DNA of 64,000 nt from Eledone cirrhosa (taxonomy: Eukaryota): the NCBI GenBank assembly GCA_964016885.1, contig OZ024753.1, positions 3,658,001 to 3,722,000 of the forward strand. The letters run 5' to 3'. The number at the start of each line of letters is the position of its first letter. The first letter of the stretch is position 1. The position numbers and the translations under genes are program-made. Of this stretch, positions 13,947-27,860 are shown one piece after another. The notes under the pieces were generated by a model. It did no database searches. It was not told the origin of the DNA and saw nothing but the letters and a program-made list of their open reading frames with translations.

Positions 13947-14125
13947 TGTTTCTACTTTTGGCACAAGGCCATCAATTACCCAGTACATTACTGGTACTTT
14001 ATTTTATCGACCCCGTAAGGATGAAAAGCAAAGTTAACCCCAGCGGGATTTGAACTTAGACCGTAAAGGAACGTAACTATGCTGGAAAGCATGGCGTCCG
14101 ACTCTCTACCGATACTGCCAATCCA
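13947..14125 (-). mobile_element. SINE-A with a 13 bp target-site duplication
   Basis: TTAGATAAATAAT (13934-13946) and TTAGACAAATAAT (14126-14138) flank the copy. Confidence 0.85.
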
Positions 14126-14663
14126 TTAGACAAATAATATTATTTGTCTACATCCATCCATACACACACGTCATACATAGACATAAATATAATAGACACA
14201 CACACACATACACACACAGATATATATATATATATATATATTATAGGTTATTCGGTAATTTTGTTGATTATTGGACGTGGAACCAATGTGAGCTCTCAAA
14301 GCACTACGAATATTCACTTAAATGATTTTGTAGATTACCGACCATTACATACATTTCGCAAATGATTAGCTCAATATAATGTGGTTGTTATAGACCCGAC
14401 TCTAATATATATTGGCTTATCACATATGATGATTCAGCTGCAAACAATTGTATCTTACGGCGTCTAATGTCGTATGGAATATATAAACATGCGAGCATTG
14501 ATGTGTTTGTGTATTTAGATATACATCAAGATATATACATATATTGTGTATTTAGGCATTCTTTCACACACCACACACACATATATATATATATACACGC
14601 ATATATATATATGTAAATATATATACATACATATATATGTATACACACAAGTATATATATATA

Positions 14664-14758
14664 TAACGAAGGAAATGTGGTAAGGAACCAGGTGGACCAT
14701 AACGCACCAAAGTACTCAATACTTAGGGTAGTAGAGTGGGTAATAGGAACTACTCGTT

Positions 14759-14763
<5 letters not shown>
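14664..14763 (-). mobile_element. Family C mini-element with an 8 bp fold-back
   Basis: Reverse complement of the family C tail; ATAGGAAC-tactc-GTTCCTAT hairpin at 14743-14763; embedded in (TA)n. Confidence 0.8.
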
Positions 14764-14802
<39 letters not shown>

Positions 14803-15164
14803 AGTGTGTGTGTCTGTGTGTGAATACATATATGCGAAGGTATGGGTGTATTTAAAGTATTACGTGCCTATGTGCTATTACATGTGTATGTGTGCATATG
14901 TACTGTGTATAGGTCGCGATAGGAGACAGCGGCAACCAAAAGGAAAATATGAACAGTGACATAAAAATACATTGAAAATCAATGAAAAAATGTGATGATA
15001 TCGATCTAATAATGAAATTAAGAAGATTGAAACCAGAAAACACTATTCCTTCCCAATTATTACTGTTTTCACCTTATACATCTTCTTTCCTTTACGCGTT
15101 CTACATCTGATGTATGTATATATGTGTGTGCGAGTGTGTGTATTTTGTATTTGTATGAATATAT

Positions 15165-15506
15165 ATATACATATATATGAATAAAAATATATATATATAT
15201 ATATATATATACGTGTATATATATATGTGTATATATATATATTATATATATATATATATACGTGTATATATATATATATATGTGTATATATATATATATA
15301 TGTGTATATATATATATATATGTGTGTATATATATATATATATGTGTATATATATATATATATGTGTGTATATATATATATATGTGTGTATATATATTAT
15401 ATATATATATATATAATATATATATATATATATTATATATATATACGTGTATATATATATATATATATAATATATATATTATATATATATACGTGTATAT
15501 ATATAT

Positions 15507-15548
<42 letters not shown>

Positions 15549-15687
15549 ACGTGTATATATATATATATATATATAATATATATATATATATATAATATAT
15601 ATATATCATATATATATATATAATATATATATATATATATAATATATATATATCATATATATATATATAATATATATATATATATAT

Positions 15688-15727
<40 letters not shown>

Positions 15728-15789
15728 ATATATATATATATATATATATTCATATGTATAACGTGCATGTAGTCATAAATATAGATAGT

Positions 15790-15839
<50 letters not shown>

Positions 15840-15859
15840 TATGAATAAAAACATATATG

Positions 15860-15890
<31 letters not shown>

Positions 15891-15945
15891 TCATATGTAT
15901 AACGTGCATGAAATCATAAATACAGACAGTTGCATATATATATAC
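15165..15945. repeat. (TA)n-derived array within a two-unit tandem duplication
   Basis: Unique spacers ATGAATAAAAA and TTCATATGTATAACGTGCATG...GTTGC each occur twice. Confidence 0.85.
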
Positions 15946-16212
15946 GTATGTGATTGAATACAAAAGCATGTGATGGAAAATCGATTCTGTAAAAATGTCT
16001 TTCTGTAAATATCATGCTGCTGCTGCTGCTACTACTACTACTAATAATAATAATACGCAATTTTTTTTAATACTAGAGCATATATAATAGTACATTAACA
16101 CACCAAAACTCGCCCCAAAATAATAATTGTACTATCAAGGGAATATGATTCAAATCTCTCAAAATTACCCATTCTATAAGTTGAAGAATCTTCCAGGTAC
16201 ACAGACACACAG

Positions 16213-16244
<32 letters not shown>

Positions 16245-16756
16245 GCACACACATACATATATATCTTTATATACAAAAATCCATATATATATATATATAT
16301 ATGTATATACATATATATATATATATACATATACATAAATATATACATATATACATAGATATATATATGCATACATATATACATACATATATGTGTGTGT
16401 GTGTGTGTGGATGTGTGAGGTGTAGTATGTGAATGTAAGTATGTGTGAATGCTTCGGGGAGTACGTGGGTCTGAGGGTTTGTGTTTCTGTATGAAAGTAT
16501 TATAGATTTCAACGTAAGTGTTCCCGTTTATATATATATGTACACGGAAATATGAATATTTAGTCTTCCAGTCAAACAAATACACAGCAAAATGCATTTG
16601 TTTACTGCACTGTGTTAAAAATAGAATATATACCAAGCAGTTATTTTTATAACACTTCAAAACAAATTCGAATTTTCTATATTTACAGAAATCTAAGCGT
16701 AACAGATTGGCTATGTTTACGTATTTCCTACCCCCAAGGACACATACACACATATG

Positions 16757-16799
<43 letters not shown>

Positions 16800-16850
16800 T
16801 TATATCTAAGTATATATTTAGATATATGTATATATATAATATCTCTAATC

Positions 16851-17037
16851 GATCGACTTTCGTCAAATCGGACCGAGGGAACAATGTTTCCGTTGGTCTT
16901 TCCAATTGCTAATACTATCTATCGGTCGCAACTCCAGGTAGAAGGAGCAACGTGAAATAACGCATAACCTGGTCCAGGAATCGAACTCACAACCTTACGA
17001 TTGTGAATCCAATTCTCTAACCACTCAGCCACACGCC
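16851..17037 (-). mobile_element. tRNA-derived SINE, second family (SINE-B)
   Basis: Minus strand starts GGCGTGTGGCTGAGTGGTTAG (A box) and has GAGTTCGATTCC (B box); nearly identical to 43647-43855 except for a 22 bp deletion between ATAA repeats. Confidence 0.85.
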
Positions 17038-17379
17038 TATATATGTATATATATACATATAAGTATATATATGTATATATATCTATGTATATATATATAT
17101 GTCTATATATATATATATATAAATGTATATATATATGTATATATATATATGTGTGTGTGTGTGTTTGTGTGTATTTGTGTGTGTATATATGTGTGTGTGT
17201 GTGTGTGTATGCACAGAGAGGATGTGTGAGAATAAATGAGATAAAAACGTATGTATATGTGACTACCCGTTTATTAAAAAACTAAATCTCGATCAGCCAG
17301 TGAAAGACCGAAAAGTTGCATTTAACATTTACAACTCGTACCTTCACGGTAAAAAGTCTCCCAGTCCTCACTGTAAATG

Positions 17380-17537
17380 TAGTTGGTGTTAGGAAGGGCA
17401 TGCAGCCGTAGGAAACCTGCCAGAAACAGTTCTGTACGAGCGAGACACGGTCACCTGAACAATCTTGCCTCAATTGGGAGAAACCCTTCGAAACCCATGC
17501 TAGCGTGGAAGATGGACGTTAAACGATGATGATGATT
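17380..17537 (+). mobile_element. Meta-domain-like SINE, 3' part
   Basis: TGGTGTTAGGAAGGGCATGCAGCCGTAG resembles the MetaSINE domain; ends GGACGTTAAAC(GAT)n. Confidence 0.6.
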
Positions 17538-17557
17538 ATATATATATGTATATATAT

Positions 17558-17665
17558 ATCGTTTCTGAATTTGTTTAACAAGATTCTTTATCTGAAAACG
17601 TGTGTTGAAACCGATATTGTTATACTTTGGGAGGGTCATGGTGCCAATAAGGAACACACGCACCA
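17558..17665 (-). mobile_element. Penelope-like terminal fragment, family D (with tail)
   Basis: Close match to 34021-34128; embedded in (TA)n. Confidence 0.75.
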
Positions 17666-18559
17666 TATATATATATGCAGGTGTTTGTGTGTGTGTGTGT
17701 GTGTGCGTGAGAGTGTGGAGAGAGAGAGAGAGAGAGAATGAGAGAGAGAAGATAGGTGCTTCTATTCTCATGTAAAGAGATTCGACAGTGGAATATTCAT
17801 GGAAGTCTACTTCTCACATGATGGATATTTTGTTGGAGTACTATGAGATGAAAGATCATAAGACATAGCGTAATGGATCACGTCCGAATACTTCAAGAAT
17901 GCAACCACTAACGGCCGGGGATGGACTTTGAAGCAAGATGGCCAATACAAACGTCATGAATCTCGAAACACAGTATGAAGCCGAACAAGCCCCATACGGA
18001 CGCCAAGATTGATAGAATTAAGGGTTGAAAGGGAACAGGAATAAATGCTAAGAAACATTTTAATCAGGCACGCCATAACAGTCCGGGCAATTTGCCCAAC
18101 GAAAATGCAAACTGATTCGAAGACAACATATGCACACATATGCATACGCTCACATACGCATGCACCCACAAAAATAATCTCTGATATTATCTCTTGTAAA
18201 CAAATATGAGGCATCCATGTTGTAATATATATATATTAACCTGATCTATGAGCAAGCATAGATATAGGTATAGGCAGTGTGCGTTCATGTGTTTGTGAGT
18301 ATATATATATATATATAGGGGGGTAAATATTTTAAATATGTATACATCGACAGATTTCTTTTACTGTAACTACAGTAGCGTTTTTAGTATTAGCCATACT
18401 TATGGTGGTGATTGTCGTGGTGGTGGAAATATCAGTAATAGTAGTAGTATTAGTAGTGTCATGATATTAGAGCATCAGCAGGATACGGGAGAGGTATAGC
18501 AAGGCATTCTGGGAAGAAGATAATGCCTCACCCAGCATCAGGAAGTCACTATAACATTG

Positions 18560-18890
18560 CATATACTGGGAAACCTACAAAATATTGTTGCTAAAGCAGA
18601 GCGCAGAAAAAATATAGTAGCAAAAATATATTGTTTGCCTATAGAAATCTGAAAGTCAATCGATAAATATGTCTATAGATGATTGAATTTTAACAAACTA
18701 TATAGTGTAGAGTTAAAAACAAAAATGGAAATATCTACAAGGTTGGAAGTGAAAATACGTTCTATAGAAGTAATATTGAATCTACTGGGGATGGTTAAGA
18801 ATGTTGGAAATTCTTAATTGAAAAGACATATGCGGGGAGCTTCTTGGCTCTGGAATATTAACTAAATATAGAAATACTGACATAAGCTAA
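18560..18890 (+). pseudogene. Decayed R4/Dong-like non-LTR retrotransposon, C-terminal restriction-like endonuclease region
   Basis: From 18725 reads MEISTRLEVKIRSIEVILNLLGMVKN, then LLGSGIL; resembles the EIxRMWxVKxxxIPVVIGALGMV...ALLGTAHIL consensus; many stops and frameshifts. Confidence 0.45.
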
Positions 18891-19030
18891 ACACAGAATC
18901 ATTTTCCGGCTGTCCCAATCGAATTCAATTTAACACTATCTCTTTTATTCCAACTCCTCCTTCACCCACACATACTACGAATTTCTATCGTTATTTAGTC
19001 ATTTTCTCTATCGTTTAAAAAAATTGTTGC

Positions 19031-19071
19031 ACTTCACTGATGAGCCCGAGAAGCCGAAACGTGTCTGAAGT
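19031..19071 (+). ncRNA. Minimal type I hammerhead ribozyme motif (Penelope-like)
   Basis: acttca-CUGAUGA-gcccgagaagcc-GAAA-c-gt-g-UC-tgaagt; 6 bp stem I, full core, GUC triplet, two mismatches in stem II. Confidence 0.7.
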
Positions 19072-19999
19072 TGTTTTCTGTATTTACTAATTATGTATTT
19101 GTTATCTTTTAACTACATATGTGAATATCATTTAGATTTTTAATGTTTTAATTATTCCTTTTGCTTTCATCGTTTAAATGGTGGAATCATCTAAACACAA
19201 TCATCGCAGTTAAATGATAAACATCCGACAACAAACAGAAATCACATAGATTAATAGTGCTAAAAACACACGATATACATAAGATTCACTGGAACGTGTA
19301 GTAGAAAAATCCAATACCATGACTATAGAGTAGACTCTCAATTCAAGTTTCAGTTATCATTTTGAGTTTTCATAATTTAGCTAAATCTATGGCACGTTCT
19401 TTATGTATGTAAAAAAATTTAGATAGTTTGCTTGTTAACGATCACACAAAAGAAATGCCATGAAACCTCCATGTAAGTTGTAAATTATTTAGGGTCAATG
19501 AACGAAACACATATCAGAGTTTACTCTGATAATTACTGTCTTCCACTTCTGTTTGTCGATCGCTCAACTCAATTTGCTCGGACTATCCCCACCACAGACT
19601 ATCCCCACCACAGTAAATTTACTGATGTGAACTACACTATGTTCTCCACATTCCTCTACGTACCCGACGGGTACTCTAGTGCACGTTAGTCACAAAGCCA
19701 CCAGCAATTGAAGATTTGCCATCCTAATTGAAAGTGAAACCGTGAAAGAAAATAAACTTACAGAAAGTAAATGAATAAAAAAAAAGAAAAGAAATTATCA
19801 GATTGGAAGGAAAATGTAGACTAAGACTTCAATAATGACTACTACAACGAAAATAACAATGAGAATTGACAGCAGTAACAAGAACAACAATAAAGCATTT
19901 ACAAAGAGAGGAGTAACCAGAGAAACAAAAAGCATTACTAGCATCAACAACATCAAAAGTTATATATCCCTATAGTTAGGAAGAGGTGATATAACTATT

Positions 20000-20190
20000 T
20001 CTGATTTAGGCCAGTAATTGGGATGGATGGCGAGAATGTCAGTTATATCGAATTCAGAGTTTGATTGGTACTTTAATCTATCGACATAGGAAGGATGCAA
20101 AGTAAAGTTGACTTCGTCGGGATTAAAACTCAGGAAGTAAAGATCAGAACCGAATATAGCTATGCACTTGTTCGTTGTTCTAACGATCCT
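20000..20190 (-). mobile_element. Degenerate SINE-A (long subtype)
   Basis: TGGTACTTTAATCTATCGAC...AAGGATGCAAAGTAAAGTTGACTTCGTCGGGATTAAAACTCAG. Confidence 0.65.
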
Positions 20191-20334
20191 ACTAAACCCA
20201 AACTACCGCCCTTCAGGAGGAACATTAATACCTGCAAGATATGAAATAACGAACTATTACTATTACTACTACTAGTAATTTTACTACCAATACTACTACT
20301 ACTTCTGCTGCTGTTGCGAGCATATAATTAAGTA

Positions 20335-20502
20335 CCATATTTCCCGGCGTCGAAGACGCTACTTTTTCTCAAAAATAAGACTAAAAGATCTACCATGCGT
20401 CCTGGAGGCCGAACGTTGACTATTATTTTTTTTCAAATTCTTGGTTGTCAAAATTAGGGTGCATCCTCGAGGAAGAAGCGTCTTCGGCGCCAGGAAATAC
20501 AG
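20335..20502. mobile_element. pogo/Tigger-like non-autonomous DNA transposon (MITE)
   Basis: Terminal inverted repeats of about 26 bp (CCATATTTCCCGGCGTCGAAGACGCT and AGCGTCTTCGGCGCCAGGAAATACAG) with TA on both sides. Confidence 0.75.
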
Positions 20503-22532
20503 TATGTTACTACGAATGTAGTTGCAGAATACTTCTGGAAATGGAAGGAACATTGTATACACCAGAAGAGTGTCATTATTGTACACCTCTTTACACGGGG
20601 AAAATTCCATGCACTGAGTAAAGTTGGTTTGAAACAACAATAACAATAACAACAAGAACAGTTGATGCACGACAACAACTACTATTACAATGGCAACGAA
20701 GCCAATATCAACAGAACCAAACAAGTTACCAATAACTGACTAGTTCAATGAGAACAGTAACAACACCCGCTCCTCCCTCGCCCTCTCCTCAAGCTATTCT
20801 TACTTATACTCTTATGTCTACCTCTTCTTCTGATACGTACAGTCATGGGGATTACGATCATAAACACCTTGCCACAGAAATTAGCCAATGAGATAAGCGG
20901 AGTGATGGAATTTGATAGCGATATGGTCCAAATATAAATACAAAAATATAAATTGAGTGAAGAACTGGAGACGAAAATGACAAATAATACAAGGAAAAAA
21001 GAGAGATAAAATTGGAAGTCTCAAGAAAAATCTCAAAACTGGCGAACAGAAATAATTATATATAAATAGTAAAAGGAAAAACTAAAGAAACGCACAAGAA
21101 ATAGATTAAATTGTTTCAAAAAGAATTCGATGAAATGATATTTCGATAATCAATAACATAAAATAAATAGAAAGCAGGTGTCGTAAAATTACTTCATTAT
21201 TTATTTATGAGTTGTATTGAAGTGAAGTGTTCTGTTCAGCAAGTATCTCTACACCCATATTGATGTTATCACCAAAAGTGTGTTGTGTAAGATAGCCAAG
21301 TTAAATTGCAATATCAATATATCGTTGTGTTGATCATGGTGATGAACATTCATACAGACTGACAAACATGTGGAGGTTTTTGTATGAATGTGTATCTGTT
21401 TCTATGTCTATTTCAGTATTTGTGTTTTTGTATGCATTTCCTCTATATGTCTTTAGATACGTTTTCTCAGTGACTTTGTGTTAAAAAAATATTAAAGTTA
21501 ATTATACATTTCGCGACAGAGAATAATAAGTAGATCTGTTATGTGGATCTAAACACTTTTAGTGTTACTCTGAAGATTGCTTTAGATTGAAACCAAATTT
21601 AACGAGCACAAGCAATCACAAAGTATTATATATGGCGATTTAGAAAGTCGGTTCCACTCTTTACTGACCTACATTATATGCTCATTGATTTAAACGCAAA
21701 GAACTTATATTCTGAAAGTTCCTTAATCTCTGAAGAATGGACGTTTAGGTCACGACATATTGGTCAGATAAAAGAACAACAACAACAAATAACAAAACAA
21801 AGATTTCCAGGTAACTTACTTTTCGTTACCTCATCTTACAGTACATTTTGCATTGTTTAACCTTCTATATCTTTCAACGTTATATATTATATACAATGCT
21901 TGAAGCAAACTACAACATTTTATTAACTTATATACTGTATATATTTCGGAGTTGTACTAGTTTTGTGAATTGATATCAGACTACTTGTTGACTGTAAGCC
22001 AATTATATTATGGAAAAATACAAAATAAAATATTGTTTTGATTCGTATTTTATTTATTTTGTGAATTGTCACAATTTTCAATAAATTTTGTCAGCGACGA
22101 AATTGGTGAGATGCGACGAAATACATAAAAATAATATAATCGATTGTGTTTGTTTTTCAAATGGCATTTTCATAGTGTAATTTGTTCATACGCATTGTAT
22201 TGGTCTCTTTAATTGGAAACAGACGAGGTAAGATTATCATAATAGGCGAATAGAAGGCAAGTATGCAAAATCAATATTTCTGTACTCGTATATGTCTCAA
22301 TATTTTGTGTCTGTGCATGTGATTGTGGGATTGAATAAGTCCAATCGTGTCTGAGAATGTGTGTCTATTTGTGTGTACGTTTGCCTGTTTTGTTTGTAGG
22401 TCTCTGGCTCAAATCTTATGCATCATTCGGCCTTATGTGATCGTACTGTGTTGTTCTGCATTAAAAAAACATTCATTAATCGAAACATTAATTGGGGATC
22501 CTATTTCTCTCTTTTCTAATATATATATATAT

Positions 22533-22637
<105 letters not shown>

Positions 22638-24516
22638 GTGTGGAAATCGTTAATTAGCTTCAACAGTCATTGACTAGAAAATTAGTTGCATATACTAGAC
22701 ATGTTTTCATTCAAGTGACTACAGCGCAAGTTTGAACTTGAAGCGTCAAGCAATTTGCTGTTGTTATTACGAAAGTGTGGCGATCTCTCGAATGAATGAT
22801 GTTATAGGATGAACTATGAATGCATTGCCTCATAATCCACAATCACTCATATGTTTAACAAAGCTATGTGATTGTCCATTTTAATATCATCTTCATCAGC
22901 AGACGCAATCGGACATCCGGCTTCTTGGTACGTGCGTGACATTTGAGCGGTAATCTTTCATGTTTTCCCCACCAGACAGTCAGTGGTGACTGTACCCGAT
23001 ATCATGCTGAAATTCGCTAATAAATTTCGTTGACTGAAACACCTTCTACCTAAAGAAAACGAAACAATTATGGCTTCTCTTCTGTGGAATGAACTGAAAG
23101 TGGTTTGGTCATAGCTAATATAATAACAACTTAATGTTATAACCTACATAAATGTGACCTGAGGGAGAGCAAGTTTAATTATGTAGTTGCCATTAATTTT
23201 GATGTTCAATTGAAAATATTATACATGCATCTGAACCGATCCACATTTAAGAACGCCCATATATAAATGATTCTACTATCCGAATACGAATTAGTGATTG
23301 AAAAGACAAAGACAAAAGCCCCTAATTTGATAACGGGATTAGAACAATGAATATATAGTAGTAAGATATCCCCCAATTATTCCGTACCATCTTAAAAATA
23401 GGACTCTTTGAATAATGTTGTCCGGGGTAGTGTAACTCTGAAAGAAATTAGATCATTGTATGAGGAATGCCTTTGATTTTGACCCCAAAAAGAACCTCAC
23501 GGCAAACAAGATATATGTTCAGAAATGCGAACTGTTTACAGAATAATCTGAAGGTGTGGTGCACGCTCATTATTGCCTCAACGACTTCAATACAGAAATT
23601 AATCAGGAAGAAGATATAAGATTCGCGCTGTTTATATATTATCCTGAGTTGCTATATACGTATTCAACCATCAGTGACATGAGTGTTGAGCCGATGATGT
23701 TGACTTCCAAATACTTCAGAAGAATATACGTATTCGTTTGTGTCTGCATGTATCTGCATGAGTTTCTGTGTATGTTTAGGGATCTGTATATGCCTGTTTG
23801 TATATATGTGTGTTCGTATATTGTAAAGATGAGCATAAGAAAATTTAGACGCGTGTTGTGGAAACCTAATGATAATACTGACTACTACTAACATTTCCGA
23901 ACAGTTGATAGTACACGATCAAAGCAGCAGGGTAAGGTAATACTAACTAATATTATATGTCTCTAAATATTATTTCACTTTGTTTCGTTTAAGCAGATAG
24001 AAATAGTTACATAAAGCCTTGTAGCAGCAGTCAATGGCAATATTATTTTCGGAATGTTTGTTGAATGAATTGCTGTTCGGGAATGTCAGATAATCTTCTA
24101 CACAACACAAGAGAAAGATGAAATCAAATAATATAAACTCAAATAAAACAGACACGGAACAAACAAAAGTTTCGAGTATTTTCAGTTTGCCTGAGGAAAG
24201 AGATGCAAAAATTATCATTGTACAATGGCGGACGTTAAAATATTTGGAATAATAACTGTTGCTCTGAAAATATTAGCAAGGTGGCGACGGGCTAGTTGGA
24301 ACTGAACTTATATGGAACATCTCTATTACTACTATGTTTAAATATTAGGAAGCACATATGTGTATAATACATATGGATGCTTGTAATTTAGTATGATGGT
24401 TTACTCACAGAGACACATACACTGACATAGACATGCACACACATTTTTCTGGTGTGTTGTAGTTTGCCTAACATTCTCCAACGGCAATTCATTCATATAT
24501 ATATACATACATGTAT

Positions 24517-24556
<40 letters not shown>

Positions 24557-25369
24557 ATATATATGCACACACACGTGTTAGTACGCGCGAGTGTGCCTGT
24601 ATGGATGTACATACATTTATATACAAATATACATACACATAATTCATTCATATATATATATACATACATACATATATATATATATACAAACACACATATA
24701 TATGTACATATATATACATACACAATCTTTTAGTAACGAGAAAGGCATATGAAACTCATTAAATGTAAAGAGAGGAGCATGAATATTACAAAATAAATAT
24801 CATTTTCCGCCGTTATAGTTGTTTGGTCGTCTGTCTAAGTAGTAGACTATCTTTGAAGAGAATGCTGGATTGAATAGATTACAATTTGGTGTAAGAAACC
24901 ATTGTTCCCAAACCAAATGCAGTTTAGGAAACCCAAGGACTTTGTCTTGCTTTATTTGTAAGGAGTTTGCCTTAAAAGGCGAAATAAAAATAGTGTGGCG
25001 TAAATATTATGATCAACAAGATATCTGTGAAATGTTAGGTGGCCATTTGGAAATAACATATCTAGGGTGTGAAGTTAATAATAATATTGTTGCCAGATAC
25101 AGAAATAACACATAGAAACTTTCTTTTTGACTTGGTATATATCCAAAAGTATCAATCCAAACGAGTGATCACAAAACACATACAGGAATGTATTATATAT
25201 AGAAACAATTTTATATATATATATGAAAAAACATATATATATATATAAACACACACACACACACATATATATATAAACACACACACACAAACACACACAT
25301 ATATATATATATAAACACACACATATATATATAAACACACACACACACTAAATATATATATATATATAA

Positions 25370-25745
25370 AGTTAAAGAAAGAAGAGTAACTTGGTTGGCT
25401 GTGCAATAAGGGCTTTATTTAAAGTACTGACAATTGTTTCCTTGATCAGGTGTGTCTAGGGTTCGCTAATCGCTTGAGTGAGCGATTAGTGAACTCTAGA
25501 CACACCTGATCAACGAAACAACTGGCAGTACTTTAAATAAAGCCCTTATTGCACAGCCAACCAAGTTACTCTTCTTTCTTTAACTATTATTACTCCAAGT
25601 ATAACCTGCATAGAAATTACCGCGAACTCGCTGCATAACTATGGAAATATCTTGTTGAGTCAAACAAAGCTGTACGTTAAAACTATCCACGAAACGGAGT
25701 ACTCATAACTTCTAACTGGATTATCTATAACGATAACTTGTTATC

Positions 25746-25748
<3 letters not shown>
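25370..25748 (+). mobile_element. Fold-back mini-element, arms about 106 bp, tail about 160 bp
   Basis: Palindrome 25370-25585 centred near 25477; arm contains GAAAC-aatt-GTC (3' half of a hammerhead); (TA)n on both sides. Confidence 0.8.
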
Positions 25749-25786
<38 letters not shown>

Positions 25787-25801
25787 TGTATATATATACA
25801 T

Positions 25802-25930
25802 ATAGGAAAAAGTATGACCCTGACGGCAGAGCCCAGGCCGTTTCGACGGCTATTTCCTATTACCCACTGTACTACCCCAAGTATTGAGTACTCTGGTGCG
25901 TTATGGTCCATCTGGTTCCTTACCAGAACT

Positions 25931-25934
<4 letters not shown>
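25802..25934 (+). mobile_element. Family C mini-element with an asymmetric inverted arm
   Basis: ATAGGAAA...TTTCCTAT then TACCCACTGTACTACCCCAAGTATTGAGTACTCTGGTGCG tail. Confidence 0.8.
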
Positions 25935-25970
<36 letters not shown>

Positions 25971-26143
25971 ACACACACATATATAAACATATATATATAT
26001 AAACATGTATATATATATATAAACATATATATATATATATAAACATGTATATATATGTGTGTACGTATATATATGTGTGTGAGTGTGCATGTCTATGACA
26101 GTGTATGTGTCTGTGAGTAAACCATCATGCTACATTACAAGAA

Positions 26144-26174
<31 letters not shown>

Positions 26175-26668
26175 CTAAATTATATATATATATATGAATA
26201 TATATAGCACCAGGATGACCTCAGTCGGATGGCTGAAACATGTAAAAGCGTAAAATAGTATGCATATGCATATACATATATATTTATCTTCATATGTATT
26301 TGTGTAAATGTGTGTGTGCAATGTGTATATATGTATGAACGTGTGTGGTAAGTATCCAGACGAACGTGTTTATTTCCATATAATTATATAGAAATTTGGC
26401 AAATTTGCATATTTGCCAAATTCTATACTTATATTTCTTTATGCATTGTAAACACACACACACACAAACACACACATTTATACATTAATGTAAGTGTTCG
26501 AATGTATATATGTGTGTATTATGTAATTACATCTGTTGGTGTATTTATTTTTATACATCTCATTACATGCTATTTTATATTACATGCTATTTATCTTAAA
26601 ATATTCCAAATTTGTGTGAGTATATTTCTGTGTCTGTGCATGTATATAGGTTCTCTTCTGCGTATATA

Positions 26669-26671
<3 letters not shown>

Positions 26672-26735
<64 letters not shown>
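26672..26735. repeat. (GT)n microsatellite
   Basis: About 32 GT units. Confidence 0.95.
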
Positions 26736-26738
<3 letters not shown>

Positions 26739-27860
26739 CTCTTGTATGTGTGTGTGTATAAGCTGCTAAACTCAACTTGTACATAGAAAGAATTAAAATA
26801 TCTTATTAATTAGGATATTAAATATTTAAAGTATATAAATGTGTCAAGCTTCTCTCCCGATATATGTAACTATATATGTGTGTATATAGCTGTGTGTATA
26901 TGTATATATATGTGTGTATATAGCTGTCTGTATATGTGTGTATATGTATATAGCTGTGTGTATATGTATATATATGTGTGTATATAGCTGTATATATATG
27001 TAACTATATATGTGTGTATATAGCTGTATATGCATATGATTGTTCCTGTGAATGTATAAGTACAATGCGTGCGTGTGAGTTTGTGTATGCGTGTGTGTAT
27101 GTATGAATGCTTGAGTTTGTGAGGTAGCATATCCTCATTTACAGGTACGTACCTATAAGTGACTTTCCCTATTAAATTGTTATCTGTACGTGTGTATATA
27201 TATATATATTGTATATATATATTGTATAACATGTGCGACACCACACTAATACATTTCAGTATCATTTGATAATGCATATAAATGCTGAAACCGGTAATAG
27301 ACAATAATTAAATATATAAATAGATAAATAAATGCCTTTGTTAAATAATAAATAAGTCAACTAATACCTTAACACTTCACACAAAGTAAAACATTTCGTT
27401 TTAATCATTTTCTAACCCAGAAAAAAGAGAGAGAGAAACAAAAAAGGAAAAAAAAATATTTTTCTTCCTCATAATCGTCTCTTTCTCCCTGTTTATATAT
27501 ATATATATATATATACGTACAGATAACAATTTAAGATGGAAAGTCACTTATACGTACATACCTGCATATAAATATATATGTGTGTATGTATGTATATATA
27601 TATATGAATTTTCTTTGAGAATATATGTTAAATGCTATCGGGCAGTTTTTAATAATAAATTCTGTAATAATGTAGATTTCACAGGCTGATTTATAACACA
27701 CATTGAAATATGTGTAATACTTTCCATTCATTATTCAATAAATGGAGCCTTAACCTGGATACTCCCTCCAAACACACAGAGAGAGAGACTAGTAATAAGT
27801 AGTAAATATCTACACGGTACAAAGCAACTCAAGTCCGCCATGCGTGTTTGGATATTATTA

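Noticed and set aside
16965-17037. tRNA gene-like sequence (also 43785-43855 and the SINE-A heads)
   Set aside because: A and B boxes continue into SINE bodies; these are SINE heads, not tRNA genes
17880-17980. GRGWTLKQDG resembling a Tc1/mariner WxFQQD motif
   Set aside because: No other transposase motifs or terminal repeats found nearby
26205-26250. Possible hammerhead (GGATGA...GAAACATGTA)
   Set aside because: CUGANGA core and stem I are missing
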